From IMG/VR virus record IMGVR_UViG_3300010885_087985: a stretch of 64,000 nucleotides of DNA; one strand, 5' to 3'. The position numbers were made by a program, and so were the translations under genes. Source of the stretch: an uncultured virus (IMG/VR IMGVR_UViG_3300010885_087985). Its lineage: Duplodnaviria; Heunggongvirae; Uroviricota; Caudoviricetes. Within the stretch, counting starts at the first letter, position 1. Each line of letters begins with the position of its first letter. The notes below the pieces were generated by a model, which did no database searches, had not been told where the DNA came from, and worked only from the letters and a program-made list of their open reading frames with translations. Below are positions 39,737 through 49,362 of this stretch, in pieces.

Positions 39737-39925
39737 ATGGACGAAAAAATTATAAACAAATTGAAAGAAAGATATGCTTCTGTTCATCCTTTAATTTTTC
39801 AAAGATCTGTTGAGCGTTCAAAAACAGAAACAGAACTTTTTGATATTTTAGACACTATACCAAAAGGATTTCCTATTGTTTGGTCTGAAGAAGACTCAAA
39901 ATGGATTAGATTTAAAAATATTTGA
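39737..39925 (+). CDS. small hypothetical protein
   Basis: ORF only. Confidence 0.55.
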   Translation: MDEKIINKLKERYASVHPLIFQRSVERSKTETELFDILDTIPKGFPIVWSEEDSKWIRFKNI

Positions 39926-39931
39926 TAATAT

Positions 39932-40585
39932 ATGATTCGCCAAAAATTTGATTTCAAGCAATATAAATCGCATTACAGTACGCCTATTATTGGAAGCTTT
40001 GCATTAGAAGATAAAGAAAATTGTTCTTTACAATGGGACTATTGTAGAGAACAATTTTCTGCTAAATTTGATTACAAAAATAATAAATCAAAAGGGTTTT
40101 TCTTTTGTCATGAAGTTAAAAAAGAAGCCTCAGTGGCGAACTTTTTAAAAAAATTTGAAGACGTTATTCTTTGTAGTCATGTAAATAAGTTTAAAAATTC
40201 TAACTTTGCGAAAACGTCTCACTCAAGCGTTTTGTGGATAGAACCATCTAATTTCTGGTTAGACTGTCCTATAAAAAAATCATTGCTAACATTATTAGTT
40301 AGATCAACAATAAACTATTCTCATGATCATGATAATTTTGAAGAATCTTTATTTGGAGAAGAATTTAAAGAAAATTTTCATCTAAGAGATACAAAAGCTG
40401 CTGTTATCCGTTTCATGCTTGGATTCACCCATTTTGTTGGAAATCTTCCTATCCCAACTGTTTGTATTGCAAAACATGGATGGCATGAAGAGTTCAAAAA
40501 CTCCGACAAAACAGAGATTAATTCTGTACTCCGTATGCCAAAGTTTGTCGAAAAGCCCACTAAAATACCATATTTGTGCGGATAA
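39932..40585 (+). CDS. hypothetical protein, paralog of 14217-14825
   Basis: Shared motif series. Confidence 0.7.
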   Translation: MIRQKFDFKQYKSHYSTPIIGSFALEDKENCSLQWDYCREQFSAKFDYKNNKSKGFFFCHEVKKEASVANFLKKFEDVILCSHVNKFKNSNFAKTSHSSVLWIEPSNFWLDCPIKKSLLTLLVRSTINYSHDHDNFEESLFGEEFKENFHLRDTKAAVIRFMLGFTHFVGNLPIPTVCIAKHGWHEEFKNSDKTEINSVLRMPKFVEKPTKIPYLCG

Positions 40586-40597
40586 TCGGGTTGCTAT

Positions 40598-40626
40598 TTG
40601 ACAATAGTGGTAATTCATGGTATAAT
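40598..40626 (+). promoter_or_regulatory. consensus sigma70 promoter
   Basis: TTGACA-17-TATAAT. Confidence 0.8.
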
Positions 40627-40690
40627 GAAGTAGCAAACCTTTGATTAACTGGGTTTGTTTGCAATTCAATAACTTTTGAACAGACTATAA

Positions 40691-41431
40691 ATGTGGCATT
40701 TTACAGCCGATTGGCATCTTAACCATATAAACATAATAAAGTATTGCAATCGACCTTTTCTTACAGAATACGAAAAAGCAACTATTTCTCTTGCTAAAAA
40801 AGGGTGTATATCGTTAAAGAGCGTTACAATAGATCAAGACGCAGTTAAAAAGATGAACAACTGCATAATTGAATCAACAAACAACACCGTTGCTTCTGAC
40901 GATAATTTAGTTATTTTAGGGGATTTTTGTTGGAGCAGCACAACAAAAAAAGACGTCGCAGACTTCTTTGACAGGATAAATTGCAAGAATATATATCTTA
41001 TTTTCGGAAACCATGATAATAGAAAAGTTCTATCTTCTTTTTTTAAAGCTATTTATGACCACCATGTTTTTTATATAGAAAAGCAAAATATTTTTACGAG
41101 TCACTATCCTTGTAGATCTTGGCCTAGTTCAAATTATGGTTCTTGGATGTTGTATGGACACGTACATAACAAATTAAAACAACAAGATGATTGCGTCCTC
41201 AGCTTGGAAGAAAAAGAAACTATTAAGAGCAGGATAGAAGATTTAACAGAATTCAAAGTAGAACCAGAAAAAGTTGATATTTTTGTTAAATCAATGCAAA
41301 CTTTGTTTTTGAAGAATAATCTTACGTTAGATGTTGGAGTGGATAATATAAGAGAGGAAGTTCCATTTGGAACACCGTGGAGTTTTAATGATATTAAGTT
41401 CCACATGGAAAAAAAGCTAATCAATGAGTAG
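40691..41431 (+). CDS. calcineurin-like metallophosphoesterase
   Basis: DWH, GD, GNHD, HYP, GHVH, DVGVD. Confidence 0.9.
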   Translation: MWHFTADWHLNHINIIKYCNRPFLTEYEKATISLAKKGCISLKSVTIDQDAVKKMNNCIIESTNNTVASDDNLVILGDFCWSSTTKKDVADFFDRINCKNIYLIFGNHDNRKVLSSFFKAIYDHHVFYIEKQNIFTSHYPCRSWPSSNYGSWMLYGHVHNKLKQQDDCVLSLEEKETIKSRIEDLTEFKVEPEKVDIFVKSMQTLFLKNNLTLDVGVDNIREEVPFGTPWSFNDIKFHMEKKLINE

Positions 41432-42035
41432 TCAAAATAAAAAATTTCTTCCAAAAAAGCATGCCACAGAGAAACCAGTTGTGGCAGATTATATGTATTT
41501 GGTTACCGCAATATCTATTAAATTTAAAAATACAAAAGAGGAAGTAAAAGATTCTGAGATTTTTAGTGTACTTTGTCATGAGCTGCTACTGTGCATCGGA
41601 AAATATAATCCAAATTTAGGCCTTTTTAACAAATATGCATCAAATCACTTGTTCAACAAAGCAATACAATACTTAAGATACATAAAAAGAAAAAAGCGTT
41701 TTTCAAAAAATACTGTTAGCATGGAAACGCTTTCCGCATATGGTGTTCCTGATATTGAGGACAAAAGTTACAAAAACCAAGAAAAATTACCAGCCCACTT
41801 GTCCGACTGTACCTTGCTGTCTAAGCTTCTAGAAGACAATTGCTGCGATACCAAACAGAACATAAAGGATAAAAAAATACTTAAAGATTTTTACATTAAA
41901 GGAAAAACTATTGCCTTCCTTGCAAAAAAAAATAAAAAGACTAGAATGGCTTTGTACGATAAGATGAGAAGGGCAATAAAATTAATCCGCCAAAAAAATG
42001 TTGGTTTAATCAGTTCTTATACGACAGAAAATTGA
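41424..42035 (+). CDS. sigma70-family-like factor
   Basis: Region 2-like KYNPNLGLFNKYA; region 4-like HTH in C-terminus. Confidence 0.6.
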   Translation: MSSQNKKFLPKKHATEKPVVADYMYLVTAISIKFKNTKEEVKDSEIFSVLCHELLLCIGKYNPNLGLFNKYASNHLFNKAIQYLRYIKRKKRFSKNTVSMETLSAYGVPDIEDKSYKNQEKLPAHLSDCTLLSKLLEDNCCDTKQNIKDKKILKDFYIKGKTIAFLAKKNKKTRMALYDKMRRAIKLIRQKNVGLISSYTTEN

Positions 42036-42083
42036 ATTGTGTTTTGTGTTTTGTGTTTTGTTGCTACCTTGGAGATATATAAT

Positions 42084-42401
42084 ATGATTGAAAATTCTTT
42101 TGAAAGCCCGTTTGAAGTTGACTTGCGTTGTAATATCAGCATCGAAGTAAATGTTGCAGTTAGACTAGGTGATTTAATTCTTAAATCTGGAACTGCTGAC
42201 AAACAGCTTATTGCTTTGGCATATAAACTTTCTAACTCTATGGTTCACCTTGTAGACCAATTAGACGATAAGCAATGGGAAAACATTTCTTCTCACATGA
42301 ATAAAATGGAAGAAGAGAATACACCACAGAATTTTTATGCTGTTAAAGCTCAAAAATTGTCGAGGGCAATTGGCATAAAAAGAAATGTTTTACACCAATA
42401 G
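42084..42401 (+). CDS. hypothetical protein
   Basis: GGAGA RBS. Confidence 0.6.
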   Translation: MIENSFESPFEVDLRCNISIEVNVAVRLGDLILKSGTADKQLIALAYKLSNSMVHLVDQLDDKQWENISSHMNKMEEENTPQNFYAVKAQKLSRAIGIKRNVLHQ

Positions 42402-42415
42402 TTCATGGTGCTGAT

Positions 42416-42667
42416 ATGTCAAAAATTAGAAAAAGTGATTCAGATGTACCAATTGCTGAATTAGAGTATATCGGATTGCCTCTACGAATTATAAACGCTT
42501 TAGAGGAATCTAAATATAAATTAATTTATATAAAAGATCTACTTGCGGTCAGTGAAGCAGAAATATCTAAAATAGACAATTTAGGTTCTTCAGGAGTAAA
42601 ACTAATCTATGAAGTGCTTAAAAATTTCAAAAATTTAGATAAAGAAAAAGAGAAATGGAAAACATAA
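42416..42667 (+). CDS. stand-alone RNA polymerase alpha C-terminal-domain-like protein
   Basis: PIAELE..GLPLRIINALE...I.IKDLL..SE.EI.KI.NLG...V..I..VL matches the alpha-CTD pattern. Confidence 0.8.
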   Translation: MSKIRKSDSDVPIAELEYIGLPLRIINALEESKYKLIYIKDLLAVSEAEISKIDNLGSSGVKLIYEVLKNFKNLDKEKEKWKT

Positions 42668-42915
42668 AGGTTTTTGACCAGTTTGTTCGCAGATATTTTT
42701 ACGGAGAGAATATAAAAAAAGTCGACAATAACGGTCTCCATGCAGGATCTCCGTATTACTATTACTGTATTCATTGTGGAGTTCCCACAGAAGCTTTTCC
42801 AGAACCTCCGCTTGCACTACCCAGCGAAGTTTGTAGCCAGTGCAAGGATCTGGATAATTCTGGCTTGTTGGAAAAAGCAAAGAAAATTTTAAAGAAGCAC
42901 AACAGTTCTACATGA
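42655..42915 (+). CDS. small Zn-binding protein
   Basis: CIHCG...CSQC. Confidence 0.6.
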   Translation: MENIKVFDQFVRRYFYGENIKKVDNNGLHAGSPYYYYCIHCGVPTEAFPEPPLALPSEVCSQCKDLDNSGLLEKAKKILKKHNSST

Positions 42916-43691
42916 CTCAATCAGTAAAAGACATAGTTTTATTTCAAATCTATGGTGGTCTTGGAGATAATTTATCGATCAGTATGATTCCTGAGCTTTG
43001 CAATTCCCATGGAATAAATTGTTACTTGTCGAAACATAATGCATATAGAAACGAGGGAATTAAAAGTTTTTTATGGGAAAGAAATTCTTTTTTAAAAGGT
43101 GAAAAAGAAGATTCTCCAATTGATTGGTTAAAAAATCTTTTCACTCCAAACTGCTTCTTGAAAGAAGGCAATAAGAGAAGAAACATAATAGAGGCAACAC
43201 AGTGTGCATACGGACTAGAGCCAGTTTATCACTATCCTAAAATTTATTACAACCCAAACTATATAAAAGAATTAAAAGATAAAGTTTTTATTGATTTAAG
43301 TGCCTATACTACGTCTGATAAATATAAAATAGACATTGTAAATGAAGTTATAGAAAATCAAAAATTAGATTTTAACAACACAATTAATATTACTCATTCT
43401 AATTTAAAGCCATATCATATAAAGGGAACAAGTGGCTGGAGAAATATAAATCGAATTAAAAGTGTAAAATTTGATTCTTTAGATATAACAAACTTAGAGT
43501 ATTATTCTGATGTTTTGTGTTCATGTAAAAAATTTATTACGACACACTCAGGACAGGCATCTTTAGCTTCTGCCATTAAAAACAAAATGAAATGTGATAC
43601 GGAGATAATAGTTATCACGCAAAAAGAATACATGCCAGAAAATTCTTGTGGTTATTGGTATGAAAATACAACATATGTAGAAGGAAACTGA
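42912..43691 (+). CDS. glycosyltransferase-like protein (GT-B)
   Basis: GGLGDNL N-terminal motif; SG..SLA C-terminal motif. Confidence 0.55.
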   Translation: MTQSVKDIVLFQIYGGLGDNLSISMIPELCNSHGINCYLSKHNAYRNEGIKSFLWERNSFLKGEKEDSPIDWLKNLFTPNCFLKEGNKRRNIIEATQCAYGLEPVYHYPKIYYNPNYIKELKDKVFIDLSAYTTSDKYKIDIVNEVIENQKLDFNNTINITHSNLKPYHIKGTSGWRNINRIKSVKFDSLDITNLEYYSDVLCSCKKFITTHSGQASLASAIKNKMKCDTEIIVITQKEYMPENSCGYWYENTTYVEGN

Positions 43692-43782
43692 TTCTCTATT
43701 GACAGTAGCTTTTTTTTTGCTATAATTTCGTTTAGCGGTCACAACGACCGCATTTGTTTTTATAAACTTTTGAAAGGAGTTT

Positions 43783-44226
43783 TTGATGAAGTTGATTTTC
43801 AGTTTTATTTTGTTGTTGCTTATTGCTCAGGGTTCTTTGGCTATAGCTGATACTCCGACACTTGCGGATGCTACTGCCACTCCGACGCTTGCTGATCCTC
43901 AGACACCAATTAGGAGTGTCCTGAAGGTTCAGGAGGTTACTGATGCTCAGGATGCTGATGCAAATAAGATTATCTATCATAGAAAAAGGAATATTGCTCC
44001 TTGTGCTATTTCGAAGAACATAGATATTTCTTTTTGTGACAACTGTTGCACCAAATCTGTTTCAGTTCCTGTTTGTGCTCCTCCTTGTGCATGCAAGGAA
44101 GAGACATCTACTACCAGAGATGGGAAAAGAGTTGTTCATGATTACGGCACACACTCTATTGCCATTACTGCTAGAAGGAACGGAACAATAGAAGTCGATT
44201 ATAGAAAAAAATTATTCAATCGGTAA
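43783..44226 (+). CDS. secreted Cys-rich protein
   Basis: Signal peptide; CC..V.VPVC.PPC.C; promoter upstream and terminator downstream. Confidence 0.7.
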   Translation: MMKLIFSFILLLLIAQGSLAIADTPTLADATATPTLADPQTPIRSVLKVQEVTDAQDADANKIIYHRKRNIAPCAISKNIDISFCDNCCTKSVSVPVCAPPCACKEETSTTRDGKRVVHDYGTHSIAITARRNGTIEVDYRKKLFNR

Positions 44227-44241
44227 TTTATAAATAAAATT

Positions 44242-44283
44242 GGCGAAATACCCGATTGTAATAATCGGGTATTTCGTCTTTTT
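44242..44283 (+). terminator. intrinsic terminator
   Basis: GGCGAAATACCCGATT/AATCGGGTATTTCGTC stem plus T-run. Confidence 0.8.
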
Positions 44284-44439
44284 CTGTTCATAGAGTCTTA
44301 GTAGTTTAAAAATGAACCAAAAATCTAGATATTTAGTTTTTTTTGTTATTATGCTTTTTGCTTTTGCTTTTATAATATCAAAAAAATATGAATCATCGTA
44401 TGATCAAGAGAAAAAAATAAACTTTTTAGGAAAAAAATA

Positions 44440-44679
44440 ATGGAAATCATACCTCCTCGTAGAAAAAAATCTGATGAAGATAAGAGCGAAGAAATAAAGG
44501 CGATAGCAAATGTTTTGTCTACATTTTTACTGATTATTATTTTTGCTTTCCCTATTGCGTTTTTATGGAACTTATTTTTACCTAATGTTTTTAACAATCA
44601 AATAAACAAAATATCGTATTGGCAAGCAGTGTACTTAAACTCTTTTGTCTATTTAATTTCAAAAATATCTAGATGCTGA
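44440..44679 (+). CDS. small membrane protein
   Basis: TM, LWN..P......I.YWQA. Confidence 0.6.
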   Translation: MEIIPPRRKKSDEDKSEEIKAIANVLSTFLLIIIFAFPIAFLWNLFLPNVFNNQINKISYWQAVYLNSFVYLISKISRC

Positions 44680-44750
44680 TATTGACATAATTTTTTTTTT
44701 TGTTAAAATCGGTTTCGTTGTCCAAGTTCATTTTATAGAAAGGTATATTA

Positions 44751-44966
44751 ATGTTGTTCAATAACAGTACGGTAAGTCTTAGTGCAGCAAAAAAATGTTG
44801 TTCTTCTGATGATTCAAAAACAACTTCATGCTGTTCTAAGTCAATAGATGAAGTCATAAGAGAAAAAGCCTATTACCTTTGGGAAGAAGCAGGTTGCCCA
44901 GAAAGCGATGGTAGTAATTTCTGGGAAGCAGCAAAGGAATTTTTTGCAGCTTCGGAAACACGTTGA
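44751..44966 (+). CDS. DUF2934-domain protein
   Basis: IREKAYYLWEEAGCPE...FW..A.E. Confidence 0.8.
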   Translation: MLFNNSTVSLSAAKKCCSSDDSKTTSCCSKSIDEVIREKAYYLWEEAGCPESDGSNFWEAAKEFFAASETR

Positions 44967-45002
44967 TTTGTGTTTTCTACGTTTTTTCACTCGTTCACAA
45001 GG

Positions 45003-45100
45003 GTGGGGACTTAGACTTTTTTTGGAAGTGCGGTGACTTGCCCTGACCCGCACATCCATGGCAGGATTACTCCTGCCAAGTCAAAGTCCCCACTTTTTTT
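45003..45100 (+). ncRNA. GC-rich three-way-junction structure plus U-tract (candidate ncRNA or complex terminator)
   Basis: Outer stem GTGGGGACTT/AAGTCCCCAC enclosing two inner hairpins. Confidence 0.45.
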
Positions 45101-45126
45101 ATTTGTTAATTAATCATACATATTGT

Positions 45127-45483
45127 ATGATTAATTTTAAAGAATGGCTACTTACAGAAGGAAGCAATGCAGGTGCTAAAACAGGTCTATATCCTTTAGG
45201 ATATGGAGGAATAGGTCTCTACCCACCTCAATGGTATTTAACGAGAAGTGCGGACGCAATTTTTTACTTATCACTTGACGATAGAATTTATAAAGGAAAA
45301 GATGAAGGTCCATTTGATATAAGTCACATCCCAGGAAAAAGTAACGAAAAATTAAATTCAGGAGAAAAAGGACTTTGGGACATAACACATATAAAAGGAC
45401 CAAAGGTTAAAAATACTAAAAAAAACTTTGCTACAAATTCTGGCGAAGGTGGTACTTGGAATATTAAACACATTAAGAGGTAA
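45127..45483 (+). CDS. hypothetical protein (MINFKEWLLTE N-terminus; repeated G.xG.W.I.HI)
   Basis: Three short C-terminal peptide repeats. Confidence 0.65.
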   Translation: MINFKEWLLTEGSNAGAKTGLYPLGYGGIGLYPPQWYLTRSADAIFYLSLDDRIYKGKDEGPFDISHIPGKSNEKLNSGEKGLWDITHIKGPKVKNTKKNFATNSGEGGTWNIKHIKR

Positions 45484-45486
45484 AAT

Positions 45487-45852
45487 ATGAATGATTGGAT
45501 AAAACTTTCTGGTATAAACGAATCTGTTAATAAGGATTTTATATCGTTTGCTGAAGCAAGGCAAGCAGGGGTAGAGAAAATAGTATCTTCTGCTGAAAAA
45601 AAGGGTGGATATGCACTTTTAACTCGTGATCATTTTTCTGTGAAGTTGCCATATTATGATAATGCAAAAAATGGTAATTTTAACATAGAAGAGACTAAAA
45701 AAGAATATAATACATTATGCACATTTTTACATTCTAAAATGAATAAAATAGAAAACTTAGATCAAAAAGAATTTCAAGAATTGTTAGGAAAAATGGAAGT
45801 TTTAGGAGAACTTTTGATCAAATATCATGATTTGAACTCAAAGGCAAACTAA
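45487..45852 (+). CDS. hypothetical protein
   Basis: GAGG RBS. Confidence 0.65.
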   Translation: MNDWIKLSGINESVNKDFISFAEARQAGVEKIVSSAEKKGGYALLTRDHFSVKLPYYDNAKNGNFNIEETKKEYNTLCTFLHSKMNKIENLDQKEFQELLGKMEVLGELLIKYHDLNSKAN

Positions 45853-45853
45853 A

Positions 45854-46462
45854 ATGTTAGGTAATAGCTCAAAAGTTTTAGTTCTTAACAGATCTTGGAT
45901 AGCAGTAGGCATTACGACTTTAGAATCTGCTATAACAAAAGTTTGCTCTTTTTATAAAGATGGAACTCCCAAAGCAAAAATAATTGATTGTGTAGATGAT
46001 TTTCAATCTTTTAATTGGTCGGATTGGTCAAAAATTCGTCCGGACGAAAATAAAAATTTTATTCAAACTGTAAACAATACATTCAAAATACCAGAAATAA
46101 TACAGTTTACTAAATATGATAAAATACCATCTAGAAAAGTTCACTATAACAGAAGAACTATATTCTTGAGAGATAATAATCAGTGTCAATACTGTGCGTC
46201 AAAGATTGACCTTACATTAGACCACTTGATTCCAAAATGCCAAGGAGGACTGACAACCTGGGAAAACGTAGTAGCTGCTTGCGTGAAATGCAATTTGAAG
46301 AAAGCGGGCAGAACACCAAAAGAAGCAAAAATGTCACTATTAAAAAAGCCAATAAAACCCAAATTAAATCCTCTTTCTAGTGCTGTTCGAGTAAAATCTT
46401 GGGAACACTTTTTAGGGGAAATGTATTACGTTGTTGAACTAGATAACGACAACCTAAAATAA
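45854..46462 (+). CDS. HNH endonuclease (McrA-like)
   Basis: VLVLN, RD..CQYC, TLDHLIP..GG..WENVV.AC..CN. Confidence 0.9.
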   Translation: MLGNSSKVLVLNRSWIAVGITTLESAITKVCSFYKDGTPKAKIIDCVDDFQSFNWSDWSKIRPDENKNFIQTVNNTFKIPEIIQFTKYDKIPSRKVHYNRRTIFLRDNNQCQYCASKIDLTLDHLIPKCQGGLTTWENVVAACVKCNLKKAGRTPKEAKMSLLKKPIKPKLNPLSSAVRVKSWEHFLGEMYYVVELDNDNLK

Positions 46463-46472
46463 AGGCAAAAAA

Positions 46473-47027
46473 ATGGCACCAGCACCTGTATACACATTCT
46501 TAGTAAACAATATTGATTATCAAAATATTTATTCTAGTCCTTTAACAAACTCAATAGAAACAGTTCTTTTATCTTTAAACAATCAAGCCGTTTATATTCC
46601 TCATGTTGGAAAGCCTTTAAAAAATGGAGAAATTTTTACACTTTATGGCAAAAAAGCAAAACAAGTGCATGACATGTATATTGGTAAGCTTCCAAAAATT
46701 ATCGAGCTTATCGCTGAAACTCATAGAATACCAACACTAATAAAAAAAGACTGCACATTTGATTTGTCTACACTTCCAGCAAAAGCATCAAACTCAAAAA
46801 TTCATATTGCCACTTTATTTAACTACTCTGGTAGTACAGTATCGCTAATTGTGAGTTCCTACAATGCACAAGGGGAAGTAGCTCAAATAGAACTAGTACA
46901 AGATGGAGTGCCGAATGCATCGTCTGAAAGCTTTATTATTTCTATTGAAGATAGTGCAATATCAAATTTGACTATGAGTGGCGACGTAAATTTTTATTAT
47001 GAGTTCAGTGACCTATCAAGAACATAA
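46473..47027 (+). CDS. hypothetical protein
   Basis: ORF only. Confidence 0.6.
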   Translation: MAPAPVYTFLVNNIDYQNIYSSPLTNSIETVLLSLNNQAVYIPHVGKPLKNGEIFTLYGKKAKQVHDMYIGKLPKIIELIAETHRIPTLIKKDCTFDLSTLPAKASNSKIHIATLFNYSGSTVSLIVSSYNAQGEVAQIELVQDGVPNASSESFIISIEDSAISNLTMSGDVNFYYEFSDLSRT

Positions 47028-47076
47028 TGATATAGACGCTACGGTTTGTTTTTGTTATAATTACTGTGAGAATAAA

Positions 47077-47964
47077 ATGAGTCAAAAAAATATTATTGAG
47101 TACATTAGAGCATTAGATCATATAAAGATCTTTTTGCAAAGTTTGTTAGAAGAAGAAAATAAAAATATACCAGAAGGTAAAGATCACCTTGCGGAAATAA
47201 CAGAATTAAGGATGCTTTCTAAAACAAAAGATTGGCCAGAAGCTTTACAAGAAGATTTGATTTGTGAAGATAAAGAATCAGACAAGCTACTAAGAGCCGA
47301 AGACGTTTTACAAAATTTGATTTTAACTAGCATCGAAGGAAAATCTATTCTAGATTTTGGTTGTGGAGAAGGGCACGTTCCTTTTCTTGCTTCAAAAAAT
47401 GGTATAAAAAAGGTAGTGGGATATGATATAAAAGATCAAGATTGGAATCACTTTGAAACAAAAGAAAACTTCATACTAACAAGCGACTGGGATGTTGTAG
47501 TAGAAAACGGTCCATATGATATTATTCTTGTTAACGATGTTTTGGATCACACCAAGGACCCATTCAAAGAGCTTATTCGAATAAGAAATGTTAAAGCACC
47601 ACAGATTGGCAAAATATTTTTAAGACTACACCCATGGACAAGTAGACATGGAACGCATCTTTATAGACAGCTTAATAAGGCTTACTTGCATCTTGTTTTT
47701 ACTACAGAAGAGTTATATTCTATGGGGTTTGAAGGAATTCCAACACTAGAGTTCACAAACCCTTTACAAGAATACAAAAAAATAATAAATGATATTGGAT
47801 TAACTATTGTTAGCGAAAATATTATTAAACAACCAATTGAAATATTTTTTACGCATAAAAAAGAAATTCTTAGAAGAATAAAATCCAGATGGAAAGAAAA
47901 TATCGACAATTCTTTCCCAAGAGATATACTAGAAATTCAATTTATTGACTTTACATTAATTTAA
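47077..47964 (+). CDS. class I SAM-dependent methyltransferase
   Basis: ILDFGCGEG, YD, DVLDH. Confidence 0.85.
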   Translation: MSQKNIIEYIRALDHIKIFLQSLLEEENKNIPEGKDHLAEITELRMLSKTKDWPEALQEDLICEDKESDKLLRAEDVLQNLILTSIEGKSILDFGCGEGHVPFLASKNGIKKVVGYDIKDQDWNHFETKENFILTSDWDVVVENGPYDIILVNDVLDHTKDPFKELIRIRNVKAPQIGKIFLRLHPWTSRHGTHLYRQLNKAYLHLVFTTEELYSMGFEGIPTLEFTNPLQEYKKIINDIGLTIVSENIIKQPIEIFFTHKKEILRRIKSRWKENIDNSFPRDILEIQFIDFTLI

Positions 47965-47973
47965 GGACGATGC

Positions 47974-48741
47974 ATGGCAGAAAATAAAATTATGATTAAT
48001 AGGGTAATTGAAAAAAAGCCATTTTTAGGCTCGGATGTTGAGATAATTATACCTTTTTACGGTCAACAAGCTCTTGTTAGTAATGCTATTCAAACTATAT
48101 TTCAAACGGTAATATCCAATCGGTATCTTATAACTTTAGTAGACGATGGATCAGAAAATGATTCTTTTAAGTCGCAATTGGAAAAAGCTCGCATAACAGG
48201 AGTTAGATGTTTATATCAAGAAAACAAAGGATTTGGATCTGCTGTAAATTTTGCACTTCAAAATCCTTGGAAATTTGAGAACAAAGCGGATAAAATAATA
48301 CCGTATGTTGTCATTATGCATTCTGATGTTTCTTTTTATGGTAGAAATTGGCTTCTTAATCTAGGAACATATCTTGAAACAATGAAATCTTCTGGTGTTA
48401 AAATGGTTTCTCCAGTAACAAACAACCCAGTTGAAAATTTTGAATTTATGCGAGCTAGAAAAGGACAAGTACTTTCAGATAAAGTCATAGATGATGAAAA
48501 GTTTTTTCTTCCTTTATATTGTTCTCTTTGTCATCGAGATCTTTTTAATCATGTTGGGTTAATTAAAGAAATGCCGTATGCAAGCTATGAAGCACAAGAC
48601 TATGCAAAGAGAATGAGAGAAAAAGATTTCAAGCAAGCTGTGTGCGGCACAAGTTGGGTTAAGCACGAAGGTGGTTCAACAATAAAATCACTTGGAATAA
48701 AAGCTATAAAAACATTGCGAAACAACAAAGAAGAACTTTAG
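47974..48741 (+). CDS. glycosyltransferase family 2
   Basis: IIIPFY, LVDDGS, NKGFG.AVN, HSD, H.G..T. Confidence 0.85.
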   Translation: MAENKIMINRVIEKKPFLGSDVEIIIPFYGQQALVSNAIQTIFQTVISNRYLITLVDDGSENDSFKSQLEKARITGVRCLYQENKGFGSAVNFALQNPWKFENKADKIIPYVVIMHSDVSFYGRNWLLNLGTYLETMKSSGVKMVSPVTNNPVENFEFMRARKGQVLSDKVIDDEKFFLPLYCSLCHRDLFNHVGLIKEMPYASYEAQDYAKRMREKDFKQAVCGTSWVKHEGGSTIKSLGIKAIKTLRNNKEEL

Positions 48742-48813
48742 TTTAAATAAAAAACATTTAATTCTCCTCTATATAATATGGTAACGTTATCTTAATTAAG
48801 GAGAATTAATTTT

Positions 48814-48969
48814 ATGAACTGTAAAAAACCAAATGGAACTTACACTACGGCAGTATGGGGTTATTACTACCCACGATGCAGTAGGATTTTACAAGCACTA
48901 GGAATTTGCAATGGTAGAGCTGGCGCTTGGGTGCCTGCAATTACTGTTTGCAATCAAAGACTATTTTAA
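48814..48969 (+). CDS. 51-aa Cys-containing peptide (not in the ORF track)
   Basis: AGGAGA RBS, CTATATAA upstream, terminator downstream. Confidence 0.7.
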   Translation: MNCKKPNGTYTTAVWGYYYPRCSRILQALGICNGRAGAWVPAITVCNQRLF

Positions 48970-48995
48970 TTTTAGTTTTTAGTTCCAAATAACTT

Positions 48996-49036
48996 AGGAG
49001 TCATTAGGTTAACAAACTTAATGACTCCTTTTATTT
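48996..49036 (+). terminator. intrinsic terminator
   Basis: AGGAGTCATTA/TAATGACTCCT plus T-run. Confidence 0.8.
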
Positions 49037-49147
49037 TTCTTAAGTGGCGGGTATTTCGTGTTTCATGGGTTGACAAATATTGTGTTGCCATGGTACAATG
49101 AAACAGATAGATAGATGGTTATTTCCCTGCCTCTGGAAAGGATTCAA

Positions 49148-49318
49148 ATGTTAGTTCTAAGCAGAAAAAAAGATGAAAACATAGTAATAGGCGATAATAT
49201 TAGAGTTTTTATCGTAGACATACGTGGGGACACAGTACGATTAGGAATAGAAGCTCCAGAAGATATACCTGTTCATAGAAGTGAAGTTTATAAAGCAATT
49301 CATGACCATAAAGAATGA
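49148..49318 (+). CDS. csrA: carbon storage regulator CsrA (copy 1)
   Basis: MLVLSRK..E.I.IG..I....V.LGI.AP..I.VHR.E. Confidence 0.92.
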   Translation: MLVLSRKKDENIVIGDNIRVFIVDIRGDTVRLGIEAPEDIPVHRSEVYKAIHDHKE

Positions 49319-49362
49319 AATTGTTTTGAATGCAATCTTCGTTTAGAACTGTTTTTTAGGCA

